Shown: positions 1-9,528, numbered from the stretch's first letter. The stretch is 64,000 nt of DNA from a bacterium (GCA_050125095.1 JASFEA010000001.1:1389-65388); one strand, 5' to 3'. Numbers and translations: made by a program. The notes: generated by a model not told the origin, from the letters alone.

Positions 1-48
1 AACACGGAGGAGAGCAGCCGCTATTAACGTATGTGTTGGGGGAATACC

Positions 49-498
49 GTGAGCGACATTCTGGTCGTGAGGCCGTACAAGCCCGCAGACGAGAAGCACG
101 TTATCGACCTCTGGTTTCGATGCAATCTAGTCGTGCCATGGAATAATCCGAAGCGGGACATAGAGCGGAAGCTCAGGGTCAATCCCGACCTCTTCCTCGT
201 CGGCGAACTCGGCGGGAGGCTTGTGGCGACATGCATGGCCGGCTACGAGGGCCACAGGGGATGGATCAATTACCTTGCCACCGATCCAGATTGCCGGCGA
301 CGGGGCATCGCCGCCAGGATGATGGAGGCGGCGGAGGAGAGGCTTCTCGCGATGGGCTGTCCCAAGATCAACCTCCAGGTCCGGGCCGGGAACGACAGCG
401 CCATAAAGTTCTATGAGGCCATTGGCTATAAGCTTGACGATGTACGCAACATGGGTAAACCCCTTACCGAGGATGAGCCCTACAGTCGAGAGCAATAA
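49..498 (+). CDS. ypeA: GNAT family N-acetyltransferase, YpeA-like
   Basis: Translation VSDILVVRPYKPADEKHVIDLWFRCNLVVPWNNPKRDIERK...GYEGHRGWINYLATDPDCRRRGIAARMM...GCPKINLQV is colinear over its full length with E. coli YpeA, including the acetyl-CoA binding R-R-R-G-I-A segment. The ORF track frame opens at 31. GTG at 49 matches the YpeA N-terminus. Confidence 0.8.
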   Translation: MSDILVVRPYKPADEKHVIDLWFRCNLVVPWNNPKRDIERKLRVNPDLFLVGELGGRLVATCMAGYEGHRGWINYLATDPDCRRRGIAARMMEAAEERLLAMGCPKINLQVRAGNDSAIKFYEAIGYKLDDVRNMGKPLTEDEPYSREQ

Positions 499-511
499 AC
501 CGGGGGTAAGC

Positions 512-1210
512 GTGAAGTTCATTGAGATAGCCAACCTCAGGAAGGTTTATCGCAAGGGAAGCGTGAAGATCCCAGCGTTGAGGGGAGTGTCGCTTGAAGT
601 CGAGCGGGGCGAGTTCATATCAATTGTGGGGAGATCGGGTTCGGGGAAGTCAACCCTCCTCAACCTGGTCGGCGGCCTGGACACGGCGACCTCGGGCAGC
701 ATCGTCGTGGACGGGACCGACCTCGCCGGCATGGACCGTTCCGGACTGGCAAGGCACAGGCGCCATACGGTGGGCATGGTCTTCCAGTCTTTCAACCTCA
801 TCTCTCACCGGTCGGCGCTCGAAAACGTCATGCTGGCTCTCACCTTCGGGGGCGTGCCGCGCGGCGAAAGAAGGCCGAGAGCCACGAATCTCCTGAGGCG
901 GGTCGGCCTGGGACGGCGGCTCGACCACAATCCCTCCGAGCTCTCCGGGGGAGAGGCGCAGCGGGTGGCCCTTGCGCGCGCGCTAGCCAACGGGCCGGAT
1001 GCCCTGCTCCTCGACGAACCCACCGGAAACCTGGACAGCTCCACGGCAAGGGAGATCATCGACCTCATTGCCGGCCTCAACAGGGACGCCGGCCTCACGG
1101 CGATCATGGTCACGCATGAACAGGCCCTTGCGCGCGAAGTCTCGAGCCGGATTGTGGAACTCCTGGACGGCCGGGTCGTGGGAAGCGGGGAGGAGGGTAG
1201 GGCCTCGTGA
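512..1210 (+). CDS. ABC transporter ATP-binding protein (LolD/MacB-type)
   Basis: Walker A GRSGSGKST, Q-loop, ABC signature LSGGEAQRVALARAL, Walker B LLLDEPTGNLD and H-loop VTHE are all present. The in-frame GTG at 512 gives the typical N-terminus VKFIEIANLRKVYRKG. The track ORF from 413 would overlap the upstream gene. Confidence 0.85.
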   Translation: MKFIEIANLRKVYRKGSVKIPALRGVSLEVERGEFISIVGRSGSGKSTLLNLVGGLDTATSGSIVVDGTDLAGMDRSGLARHRRHTVGMVFQSFNLISHRSALENVMLALTFGGVPRGERRPRATNLLRRVGLGRRLDHNPSELSGGEAQRVALARALANGPDALLLDEPTGNLDSSTAREIIDLIAGLNRDAGLTAIMVTHEQALAREVSSRIVELLDGRVVGSGEEGRAS

Positions 1211-2619
1211 ATCTCCTCGACATGGTGGAGCTGGGCTTCGACAACCTGAGGCGCACCAAGCTGAGGACCGCGCTGACCACGCTCGGCGTCATAATCGGCA
1301 TCGGCGCGCTTACTTCGATGGTGTCCTTCGGCACGGGGATGCAGAAGAACATCACCGAGACCTTCGAAGAGAACGACCTATTCACGAGCCTCTTCGTTAC
1401 TGCGGCCGACGTCGAGGAAATGGCTGAGGCCGATCCCGGCCGGGTGCGTGAGATGATGGAGGAGGTCCCCGAGCCCCTCACCGACGAGACCCTGGAGGAC
1501 ATTCGCGGTGTCGGAGGAGTGGAGCTTGCCTTTCCCGAACTGCGTTTTCCCGTGAGGATCCAGGTGAATGGGAGCGAGACGAGAACCATGCTCAGGGCGC
1601 TGCCGGCCTCCATGGGCGCCTACAAGCCGTTCAGCGAGACCGCCTACGGCCGTTTCTATGACGATGACGAGTCGAATGAGGTGGTAGTGAGATGGCAGAC
1701 GCTTGAGCGCATGGGCATACTGGTGGAGGAGGAACCCAGCGGGGCCGCCGGGAGAGATACAACGGGCAAGACCCGCTCGGTTCACCCGGATTCCATTCTG
1801 GGGACTGAAATAGTCGTAATATCCTCAACCCTTGACGTGTCACGCATACCGACCAATCCCCTGGAGGCGTTTTCTCTCGTCAGGGATATCCCGGTTAAGG
1901 AGGTAGAGACCAGGCTCACTATCGGCGGCATCATGAAGCGCTCCGCCGCCTTCGGCAGCAACGCGTGGAACGCGGGACTGCTCATCCCCATGGAGACCGG
2001 AAAGCGAATTCCCAGCCTTGGTTTCTCCAGCATATGGGAAATCCTCAGAAGGCAGCGAAGGGGAGATGCCTACGCGTCGATTTATGTCCGCGTCGGCGAC
2101 GTGCGCAATGTCGAAGCCGCGCGGGACAGCATTGAGAGCATGGGGCTCAATGTTTTCTCGATTGCCGACCAGCTCGAGGATATCAAGAAGGGATTCATGA
2201 TCATGGACGCGGTGCTTGGCGCGGTGGGTACTATCGCGCTGGTCGTCGCGGCCCTCGGCATCATAAACACCATGGTCATGTCCATACTGGAGCGGAGGCG
2301 CGAGATCGGAGTGATGAAAGCCATAGGCGGGAGCGAAAACGACATCAAGATGATCTTCGTTGTGGAGGCCGGGGCCATCGGTTTTGTCGGGGCTCTACTG
2401 GGTCTCCTCTTGGGCTGGGTTGTGACCAAGATAGCCAATTTCGTGGCCAACTCCTATCTGCTGCCTGACGATGCTCCCTTCATCAACTTCTTCCATTTTC
2501 CCGCGTGGCTCATACTGGGCGCGGTGGCGTTCTCGGTGGTGGTGAGCCTGGCTGCCGGGCTCTATCCGGCCGTGCAGGCGGCCAGGGTTGACCCTGTCAC
2601 CGCTCTGAGGCATGACTAG
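1207..2619 (+). CDS. ABC transporter permease, FtsX/MacB/LolC-type (N-terminal TM, periplasmic domain, C-terminal FtsX 3-TM bundle)
   Basis: N-terminal LRRTKLRTALTTLGVIIGIGALTSMVSFGTG is the classic MacB/LolCE opening helix. The C-terminus has FtsX-like TMs (ILERRREIGVMKAIGGSENDI...). The 4-nt overlap with the ATPase gene indicates an operon. Confidence 0.8.
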   Translation: MNLLDMVELGFDNLRRTKLRTALTTLGVIIGIGALTSMVSFGTGMQKNITETFEENDLFTSLFVTAADVEEMAEADPGRVREMMEEVPEPLTDETLEDIRGVGGVELAFPELRFPVRIQVNGSETRTMLRALPASMGAYKPFSETAYGRFYDDDESNEVVVRWQTLERMGILVEEEPSGAAGRDTTGKTRSVHPDSILGTEIVVISSTLDVSRIPTNPLEAFSLVRDIPVKEVETRLTIGGIMKRSAAFGSNAWNAGLLIPMETGKRIPSLGFSSIWEILRRQRRGDAYASIYVRVGDVRNVEAARDSIESMGLNVFSIADQLEDIKKGFMIMDAVLGAVGTIALVVAALGIINTMVMSILERRREIGVMKAIGGSENDIKMIFVVEAGAIGFVGALLGLLLGWVVTKIANFVANSYLLPDDAPFINFFHFPAWLILGAVAFSVVVSLAAGLYPAVQAARVDPVTALRHD

Positions 2620-4465
2620 CGCCATGCGGATACTGCACGTCCTCTCTCAGATTTTCACCTCGGGCCCCGAGTTCTATGTCTCCGCACTTTCCGAGAAGCA
2701 CGCCGCGCTGGGCCACAAGATATTCGTTGTGTCGGATACCCTGACGGCCCCCGTGCGGGGTGAGTTCTACAGCCGGCCAATAGCCAACCGCAGGTACCCG
2801 CAGCGCCTCAAGAACATCTGGTTCCTGAGACAATTAATCAGGGAAAGGGGCATCGACATAGTCCATGCCCACTCGCGGGCCGCGAGCTGGGTAGCTTACT
2901 ACGCCACCCGGGGGAGCGGCGTACCTCTTGTTTCAACTGTCCACGGCAGGCAGTTCCCGCATGCCTCGGCCCGGTGGTTCGACATATACGGCGACCGGGT
3001 CATCGCCGTGTGCGAGAACCTGCGGGAGCATCTGGTCAATGAAATGCGCATGAAGCGCAGCAAGATTGAGCTTATCCGCAACGGGCTCGATTTTTCGACG
3101 CTCGGCTCTTCCCGTGCGAGTGAGACCGGCCCCCCCGTTAGCGGCCGGACGATAGCCATAGTCGGCAGAACGAACGGTCCCAAGGGAGAAAATATAGTGA
3201 AGGTGGTGGAAGAGGTAATAGATCCACTGCTTGCCGAGAATGACGATCTCAAGGCATTCATACTGGGGGGTGACGCCGGAGACCTCCCGGGTGACGGCTA
3301 CCGGCGCGTGAAGAAGGTGTCGGAAAAACACGGCGGTCGTCTCGAGACTCCGGGCTTCGTCGATGATCTTGCCGCGTGGATCGCACGCAGCAGTGTTGTA
3401 GTCTGCGCCGGGAGAGTCGCGGTTGAGGCGCTTTACCTGGGCCGCCCTGTCGTCGCGGTCGGCGAAGACGTCTCGCACGGCGTGGTGACGGAAGCGAACC
3501 TCGAGGATGCCATGGCGTCCAACTTCGGCGACATTCTGCCCACCTCCGTCAGGAAGGAGCCCGACTTCGATCTTATAAGGACGCATGCCCGGTCGTTGCT
3601 GACGGCGCCGGTTGCCGCGCCGTCCCTGCGCAGCAAGGTCGTCCGGGAGTACGACGCCGAAAGCGTCTCCCGAGACGTGATGAGGGTATACGAATCGGCG
3701 CGCATGAAGAAACGCTATCCGCGGCACATACCGGTGCTCATGTATCACAAGATACCCGATGAGCCTTTCGAAACCGAGCACGGGGTCTACATAACAAGGG
3801 CGAATTTCAGGAGGCATCTCGAGTACTTCCGGAGAAGGGGATTCACTGCCATCACCTTCAGGGAATACGGTGAATTCGCAAGCGGTATGAGGGACATGAG
3901 CGACTTCCCGCGCCGCCCCATTATCCTGACTTTCGATGACGGCTACCGGGATAATTTCACCAATCTCCTTCCCATGATGAATGAGTTCGGATTCAGGGGC
4001 GTCCTGTTCCTGTTGGGAGACAATTCGGCGGACTACAATTTCTGGGACGCCGACCGCGGTGACCACTATGACCCGCTGATGACGCTTGAGGAGAAGAAGG
4101 CGTTTCTTCAGGCGGGCTGGGAGATTGGAGCCCATTCCATGACGCATCCGGACCTCACGGCCATGGACTACGGCCAGGCGAAATGGGAGATCGAAGAGAG
4201 CAGGAGGCGCCTTGAGGCCGACCTCGGGGCGGAGATCGTTTCCTTCGCCTATCCGGGCGGGCGCGTGGACGAGCGCGTCAAGAGGCTGACGCAGCAGGCC
4301 GGCTTCGTCTTCGGCATATCAACAGACACGGGCGGACTTCATATCGAGGACGACCGTTTCCAGGTCTTCAGGGTCAACATGTTTCCGGGCGACGCGGATT
4401 TCCAGCTTTGGAAGAAGTCGTCTTCCTGGTACCGGAGGTACTACAGGCATAAGAGGGGCAAGTGA
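2612..4465 (+). CDS. Fusion protein: GT4 glycosyltransferase (N-terminal) plus polysaccharide deacetylase/CE4 (C-terminal)
   Basis: N-terminal half has GT-B/GT4 hallmarks (MRILHVLSQIF..., VHAHSRAASW, C-terminal nucleotide-sugar-binding region). C-terminal half has NodB/CE4 deacetylase motifs (ILTFDDGYRDN, GWEIGAHSMTHPDL, FAYPGG). It is a single uninterrupted 617-codon ORF. Confidence 0.75.
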   Translation: MTSAMRILHVLSQIFTSGPEFYVSALSEKHAALGHKIFVVSDTLTAPVRGEFYSRPIANRRYPQRLKNIWFLRQLIRERGIDIVHAHSRAASWVAYYATRGSGVPLVSTVHGRQFPHASARWFDIYGDRVIAVCENLREHLVNEMRMKRSKIELIRNGLDFSTLGSSRASETGPPVSGRTIAIVGRTNGPKGENIVKVVEEVIDPLLAENDDLKAFILGGDAGDLPGDGYRRVKKVSEKHGGRLETPGFVDDLAAWIARSSVVVCAGRVAVEALYLGRPVVAVGEDVSHGVVTEANLEDAMASNFGDILPTSVRKEPDFDLIRTHARSLLTAPVAAPSLRSKVVREYDAESVSRDVMRVYESARMKKRYPRHIPVLMYHKIPDEPFETEHGVYITRANFRRHLEYFRRRGFTAITFREYGEFASGMRDMSDFPRRPIILTFDDGYRDNFTNLLPMMNEFGFRGVLFLLGDNSADYNFWDADRGDHYDPLMTLEEKKAFLQAGWEIGAHSMTHPDLTAMDYGQAKWEIEESRRRLEADLGAEIVSFAYPGGRVDERVKRLTQQAGFVFGISTDTGGLHIEDDRFQVFRVNMFPGDADFQLWKKSSSWYRRYYRHKRGK

Positions 4466-4466
4466 G

Positions 4467-5144
4467 ATGAGGGGCAGGAGACGAATCGAAGAGATGAACG
4501 CCTATTACGACAAGGTGGCGCCGCTGCATGACAAGTTCATGGGGTACACGACCAACGAGGCCATGGAGGAGCTGCTTGCGCCCATAATCGAGTGGGTCGA
4601 GCCCTTCGTCAGTGACAGGGACGTGCTCGAGATCGCGTGCGGCACAGGTAACTGGACCCAGGTCCTCTCCAGGCGCGCAAAGGCGGTTGTCGCCACCGAC
4701 CGGAGTCCGGCCTACCTCCGGATTGCCCGGTCGAAGACCTATGCACGGGACAATGTCACTTTCCTCAATGAGGACGCATACTCGCTCGAAGGAGTGAAGG
4801 GTGAATTCGACACGGCATTCGCCGCGGACTGGTGGTCGCATATTCCCCGGTCCCATGTGCCGGTGTTTGCCCGTAGCATGATGGAGAAGCTCCGGCGGGG
4901 AAGCGCAGTGGTTCTTCTCGATATGTTGCCGAGCCCCGGTCTTGACGCCATGTTCTCGCATTACGATGAAGACGGGAACTGCATTCATATGCGGAGATTC
5001 GACGACGGCACCGAATTCGAGGTCGTCAAGAACTTCCCTGCGGAGTCTGAGCTCCGCGAGGCGCTGGGCGAATATGCCGATGAAATGGAGTACAGAGAGC
5101 ACGACGGGCTTCGCCGTTGGGTGCTGACCCTGAAAGTGAGGTGA
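4467..5144 (+). CDS. Class I SAM-dependent methyltransferase
   Basis: Motif I VLEIACGTGNWT followed by an acidic residue (VVATDRS) marks a Rossmann-fold methyltransferase. The start codon is 2 nt after the upstream stop. Confidence 0.7.
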   Translation: MRGRRRIEEMNAYYDKVAPLHDKFMGYTTNEAMEELLAPIIEWVEPFVSDRDVLEIACGTGNWTQVLSRRAKAVVATDRSPAYLRIARSKTYARDNVTFLNEDAYSLEGVKGEFDTAFAADWWSHIPRSHVPVFARSMMEKLRRGSAVVLLDMLPSPGLDAMFSHYDEDGNCIHMRRFDDGTEFEVVKNFPAESELREALGEYADEMEYREHDGLRRWVLTLKVR

Positions 5145-5362
5145 GTGGCAGCCTGGGCGATTTCTTTCAAACCGTATTCATGGTCATGCTCTTCATGATC
5201 TTCATGGTATTGCTGCCGGTGGCCCTGGTGGTTGCCACGCCTTTCGTGCTTCTCTGGCCCGGAAAAAGGCTTCCCGGCGGCGGACGGGCGAAGCGCGATA
5301 TCGAAGGAAGGTATAGAAAGATCCTCAGCGTCTGGATAGAACTGGGAAAGGGGATCGCCTGA
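5117..5362 (+). CDS. Small hydrophobic protein (hypothetical)
   Basis: 81-codon ORF with one strongly hydrophobic helix (FFQTVFMVMLFMIFMVLLPVALVVATPFVLLW). No homology recognised. It overlaps the end of the upstream gene. Confidence 0.3.
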   Translation: MGADPESEVSGSLGDFFQTVFMVMLFMIFMVLLPVALVVATPFVLLWPGKRLPGGGRAKRDIEGRYRKILSVWIELGKGIA

Positions 5363-5422
5363 AGAGAGCGCCGCTACCCGCGGGCAACGGCGCTTCTCTT
5401 CTATGAATCTTGTGTTTCTGCC

Positions 5423-5977
5423 TTACTTGGGCGGAAAACCGGCCAGGATTCTGTCGACGACCTTGTCTATGTTCTTCTGTGCGTCCTCGGGAGTGCTGTA
5501 GCCCTTCACTATGGCGGTCCCCAGTCCCCTCCAGGCCAGCTCCTTGGTCCCGACGTCCACGAAGTCGATAACAAGGGTGCCTTCGGTGTAGTAGCTGACG
5601 TCTGTGTGGCCGCCATAGGGTCCCCACCACGGGTCGTAACTGTAATATCCGGAGTAGCCCCCGTAATTGGTAACCTGCATTTTCTCCTGGGTGCCCGCGT
5701 GAATCACTACCGCGAAGTCGGCGTTCTCGGGGTCGTCCACCATGGCAAAACCCCTGGCCTTCAGGTCCCTGTTCACGGACTCGGCGACGCGCTTGGCGAC
5801 CAGCGGGTAATCGGCCAGTGAGCTTCCTTCAATGACTCCGCTGTCTCCGACCCAGGCGTAAGTCTTGTACTTGCTGAAATCGACGTCCGGGTCGTAATCG
5901 GTCTTGACATCGACTGACGAACACCCGGCCAGCATAGCCAGTAAGAGGAAGGCTGAAGCTGCGGCAACCAGTCTCAT
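5423..5977 (-). CDS. DUF4136 family lipoprotein
   Basis: Lipoprotein signal MRLVAAASAFLLLAMLAGCSS, then the DUF4136 signature (DYDPDVDFSKYKTYAW ... ADFAVVIH ... GTLVIDFVD). The internal Met after a track ORF extension was chosen as the start. Confidence 0.7.
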   Translation of the reverse strand: MRLVAAASAFLLLAMLAGCSSVDVKTDYDPDVDFSKYKTYAWVGDSGVIEGSSLADYPLVAKRVAESVNRDLKARGFAMVDDPENADFAVVIHAGTQEKMQVTNYGGYSGYYSYDPWWGPYGGHTDVSYYTEGTLVIDFVDVGTKELAWRGLGTAIVKGYSTPEDAQKNIDKVVDRILAGFPPK

Positions 5978-6082
5978 TTTAATACCTCCTTGCTTTCCAT
6001 CGACTTGCCCCGGTGGATCCTGTGCGCGCTTATTGTAAATGCGGTCCTGCAGCGTGTCAACCATAATAGCCGCGCTTTGGAT

Positions 6083-6111
6083 TGACGTCCGGAGGCCGTG
6101 AATGTAGAATA
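6083..6111 (+). promoter_or_regulatory. Sigma-70-like promoter candidate TTGACG-N17-TAGAAT
   Basis: Lies 33 nt upstream of the 6144 OMP gene start. Spacing is optimal. Confidence 0.4.
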
Positions 6112-6143
6112 CAGTCTGTCTTCTGGCATGTGGACGAGGTTAA

Positions 6144-7559
6144 ATGCTCCTGAAAACTGGCGGTTACAGGGCCGGATTCCGGCTGTCCCTGACCTTACGG
6201 GCAGCTATAGCGGCCATAGCGGTGTTGGCTCTCTCCACGCCACTGTGGGCGCAGGACTCGCACTACTGGACGCTTACCTACGGCGCAAGAGCCTCGCTCC
6301 TGGGCGGAGCTCTCATAGGTTCGGTGATGGACCTCAGCGCCACGTACTATAATCCCGGAGCGCTTCCGCTTACTGAAGACCTCGACGTCGTTATGACCTC
6401 TACGGTGTTCAACTACCCGAATGTCTGGATGAAGGACATAGGTGGCACCGACATCGACATAAGGTCATCCAATCTCAACCAGGTGCCGATCGTCGTGGCC
6501 GGTATGTTCAAAGTCGACTGGCATGGGTCGAATCGCCTGGGCTATTCGGTTCTCACCCGCCACCGCGTCCGCCTGGACTTTTACGGCAGTGTGGTCCAGG
6601 GGGTCTATGACCTGCCGGATACCATCGATCTCAGCGCTTTCGCAGGTGACCTGAACCTTAACGAAGAACTGAGTGAGACATGGGTCGGGCTGTGCTGGGC
6701 ACGGCGTCTCAGGTCCGGCATAGGGTTCGGCCTTACGGCCTACGGCACCTTCAGGAATCACGATGCAAGTCTCGGCGTGAGCACCCAGGCTCTGGACCAG
6801 CGCGGCAATCTGGCATGTACGCAGGACATCGGGTACTATAGATACTCCGACTACGGGATTCTGGTTAAGATGGGAGTCTCATTCGGTTTCCAGGGTATTT
6901 CCTGCGGGCTGACACTCACGACGCCCAATTTGAGCGTTTACAGCGACGCCAAGGTCGGCACCAACCACACGAAAGCGGGATATGAAACCGGCGATCCGCC
7001 GAATCGGGGAGATTACATGGCCGTCCGGTACCAGGAGGGGCTCAAAGCCCATCACAAGATGCCCCTCTCGCTCGGGGCCGGTGCCAACTACAGCCTGGAC
7101 AATACGAGCCTGCACTTCAGCGTGGAGTATTTTTTCCCGGTCGATGAATACGATGTCATCAGTGCCGGTGATTTCGTGGGGCAGACCCATGGAGATACTC
7201 TCAGTCAGGGGGTTACCCATGCGGCGCGCGGCGTGCTCAACTTCGGCCTGGGGATCGAGCAGACACTGGGAGAGGATGTAAAAGCCTATGCCAGCTTCTC
7301 CACGGACTTCTCATCCAAAAGAAGGGACGTCCAGACCAACCTGTCGGTGAGCGACTGGGACATTTACAGCATAATGATTGGGTCCACATTCAGGGTAATG
7401 AAGGCCCGGTTCACCCTGGGCCTGGGCCTCGGCTGGGGCTCGGAGCTGCGCGGAAGTGGTGAGCCCGTGGCCATAGGGGGCGACGAGGGCGCGAGCCTCA
7501 TAAGGGAGGCTTCCTTCAAGTACCGCATGTATAAGTTCGTACTTGGATTCTCATTCTAG
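6144..7559 (+). CDS. Predicted outer-membrane beta-barrel protein (hypothetical)
   Basis: Signal peptide ...AVLALSTPLWAQ. Alternating amphipathic beta-strand composition rich in G/Y/T/S. The C-terminal ...FVLGFSF ends in Phe as in OMP beta-barrel signatures. A promoter-like motif lies upstream. Confidence 0.55.
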   Translation: MLLKTGGYRAGFRLSLTLRAAIAAIAVLALSTPLWAQDSHYWTLTYGARASLLGGALIGSVMDLSATYYNPGALPLTEDLDVVMTSTVFNYPNVWMKDIGGTDIDIRSSNLNQVPIVVAGMFKVDWHGSNRLGYSVLTRHRVRLDFYGSVVQGVYDLPDTIDLSAFAGDLNLNEELSETWVGLCWARRLRSGIGFGLTAYGTFRNHDASLGVSTQALDQRGNLACTQDIGYYRYSDYGILVKMGVSFGFQGISCGLTLTTPNLSVYSDAKVGTNHTKAGYETGDPPNRGDYMAVRYQEGLKAHHKMPLSLGAGANYSLDNTSLHFSVEYFFPVDEYDVISAGDFVGQTHGDTLSQGVTHAARGVLNFGLGIEQTLGEDVKAYASFSTDFSSKRRDVQTNLSVSDWDIYSIMIGSTFRVMKARFTLGLGLGWGSELRGSGEPVAIGGDEGASLIREASFKYRMYKFVLGFSF

Positions 7560-7705
7560 GGCAGTTATGATCTGACATAGGTATTGAGCCGTAAAAGAGG
7601 CCTACCCCGTACATCGACGGAGGAAGTCGCGGCAAGGAGGTGATCACGCAGAAGTAACCCCCTGACGGGATTCTCCAAGTCAGTTCTTCACTGGAGGTTG
7701 AGAAG

Positions 7706-8392
7706 ATGAAGCACAATGGTTTCAGCAAGCTCAAGTTTCTTTCGGCGGGTGCGGTGGCGTCGGCTGGAGTTGTCCTCCTGCTGCTGCTCTGCTCGTGCTA
7801 TCCGAGCTCCGACTTCAACTCGGTGGCCGACTACGACGTAGTGCTGACGCTTTACGATGAGGAACAGGACTTCAACGAGTACGTCACCTACTACATGGAG
7901 GACACCGTCTACCATTACAGGGACCCGGAGGACACATCCGACGACAATCTCAGCCGGGCACATGACGCGCTCATAATAGCCACGATCAAGTCCAACATGA
8001 ATGATCTGGGGTATCAGTTCAAGGCGGACGCCGACTCGGCGGACCCATCGGACCTCTACATAGTGGTGGGAGCGTCATCAAGCGACTGGTACAGCGTATG
8101 GTACCCGTATTACCCCTCATATCCGGGCTGGGGCTGGTGGGGCCCCGGCTGGTGGTGGGGCTATCCCGGGCCGCCTCAGGTCTCCTACGCGTACACTACC
8201 GGCACGCTTTCCATAGACATGTGGGACGCCAAGAACGCCGACGAGGACTATGAGATCGTGCCCGTGCCCTGGGCTGCGACCGTGAACGGCATATTGAATG
8301 ATAAATCGGCGGGCGTGGGAAACCGGATCGAGGACAGCGTAAATCAGGCGTTCGCACAGTCACCGTACCTTGGAACGAGCGAGGGGAGGTAG
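7706..8392 (+). CDS. DUF4136-like lipoprotein, divergent paralog A
   Basis: Lipobox LLLLCSC. Contains DYDVVLTLYDEE ... IVVGASSSDW ... TGTLSIDMWD. It carries a W/G/P-rich insert (YPGWGWWGPGWWWGYPGPP). It is paralogous to the 16494-17171 gene. Confidence 0.65.
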   Translation: MKHNGFSKLKFLSAGAVASAGVVLLLLLCSCYPSSDFNSVADYDVVLTLYDEEQDFNEYVTYYMEDTVYHYRDPEDTSDDNLSRAHDALIIATIKSNMNDLGYQFKADADSADPSDLYIVVGASSSDWYSVWYPYYPSYPGWGWWGPGWWWGYPGPPQVSYAYTTGTLSIDMWDAKNADEDYEIVPVPWAATVNGILNDKSAGVGNRIEDSVNQAFAQSPYLGTSEGR

Positions 8393-8398
8393 ACAGAT

Positions 8399-8995
8399 AT
8401 GAAATACGTACTTGCGATTCTGCTGTTGCTCGCCCTCTCTTCGTCGGCGCAAGCCTTTAGTTCCATGGGAGGGGCCACCTACAACGTGTCATTCGCGCTG
8501 GGCGACACGCGGGAGTTCATAGACGCGGTGAGCTGGAGGGGCTGGAACCTCGAAGGCCGTTGGTTCCATAACGATAATCTCTCTTTCGGACTCTCCTGGC
8601 ACTGGACCACCCTTCACGAGCAGGAGACCGGCACGTGGCCCGTAGAGGGAGGTCATGTGACAGGCGGCCAGTTCAGGCGGATAAGCACATCGCCCTTCCT
8701 GGTGAATACGCACTGGCACTTCGTCAACACCCGCGACCGCTACCAGAAATACATACCCTATCTGGGAATGGGTCTTGGCGCTTACTGGATCGAGACCCGG
8801 CACGAGATAGGCGTCTTCGCATTTGAGGACCGCAACTGGCACTTCGGGCTCGCTCCCGAGGCCGGGATGTTCGTCAACCTGAAGTTCGAGACCTATCTGA
8901 TGGTAACGCTGAGATATAATTACGCATTCAAGTCGGGTAGCGCGGAGAGCATGCAGTACGTCGCGCTCATGGTGGGACTGGCTTATCTGGAGTAG
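8399..8995 (+). CDS. Small predicted outer-membrane beta-barrel protein (OmpW/OmpA-beta-barrel-like), paralog A
   Basis: Signal peptide LLLLALSSSAQA. About 180 aa of alternating beta-strand pattern. Shares the GDTREFI motif with the 17175 paralog. The C-terminal aromatic-rich strand is LMVGLAYLE. The start is 7 nt after the DUF4136-like gene. Confidence 0.55.
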   Translation: MKYVLAILLLLALSSSAQAFSSMGGATYNVSFALGDTREFIDAVSWRGWNLEGRWFHNDNLSFGLSWHWTTLHEQETGTWPVEGGHVTGGQFRRISTSPFLVNTHWHFVNTRDRYQKYIPYLGMGLGAYWIETRHEIGVFAFEDRNWHFGLAPEAGMFVNLKFETYLMVTLRYNYAFKSGSAESMQYVALMVGLAYLE

Positions 8996-9041
8996 GCGGC
9001 CTGAGGACTTGCGGTCCGGTCGGGCCGGGTGGGATAATGAA

Positions 9042-9063
9042 GGGGCGTGCTTCGGCACGCCCC
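9042..9063 (+). terminator. Stem-loop ggggcgtgc-TTCG-gcacgcccc downstream of the 8399-8995 gene
   Basis: Perfect 9-bp GC-rich stem with a TTCG tetraloop, 47 nt after the stop codon. No U-run follows, so this is a terminator-like or RNA-stability hairpin. Confidence 0.4.
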
Positions 9064-9116
9064 TCTGCCAGATGTGAGTTGACTCGAGCCCGCTTTTCGA
9101 ATACGCTGAGCGCCGG

Positions 9117-9470
9117 TTGGTATCTGAACCTCAGTCATCCTTCATCTGTGAGGTAACGTCTATGCGACGATCAGGTATAGTCTGCGGCCCCCTTGTCGTC
9201 TTTCTGGCGACAGGTATTCTCGTCGGCGCTCTCGCCGGGGACGTCCAGGCGCGCACGGAGACTGTCGGCGTTGTCAGCGATGGGCCGGTTTCGATGGCTG
9301 CTGTCACAACAATCATGGGAATGATACCGCTTCCGGGTGGCGCGTTCTCCGCCGCCATGGCTGTGACCATAATGGCGGGGTCTCGGCGTGGCCACGGTTC
9401 TGGTCCTGGTGGTCTTGCCGGTGCTCTATGCTGTAATCTTCAGGGTACCGGCGCGAGAGGCCTGGACGTA
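9117..9470 (+). pseudogene. Remnant of the C-terminus of an RND (AcrB/CzcA family) efflux permease, frameshifted
   Basis: Frame 0 encodes ...AAVTTIMGMIPLPGGAFSAAMAVTIMAG, then the +1 frame continues GLGVATVLVLVVLPVLYAVIFRV. Together these match the last TM helices of AcrB (LMTSLAFILGVMPL...GAGSGAQNAVGTGVMGG MVTATVLAIFFVPVFFVVV). The frame switches at the GGGG run near 9377. The rest of the roughly 1000-aa pump is absent. Confidence 0.5.
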
Positions 9471-9528
9471 AGCAGGCGAAGACGTCGGCTGCTTTAGTAC
9501 AGCGTGGAGTATTAGCAGGGGAGGCGTA

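Noticed and set aside
2933-4147. Long minus-strand ORFs antisense to well-supported plus-strand genes (2933-4147, 11429-12361, 13186-14256, 26504-27850, 44649-45701, 46663-48303, 48542-49723, 55713-56729, 56726-57670, 61732-62724, and the minus 32573-33550)
   Set aside because: High GC content generates long stop-free antisense frames. In every case the opposite strand encodes a protein with clear family motifs, whereas the antisense translations are Arg/Pro/Gly-rich with no recognisable motifs.
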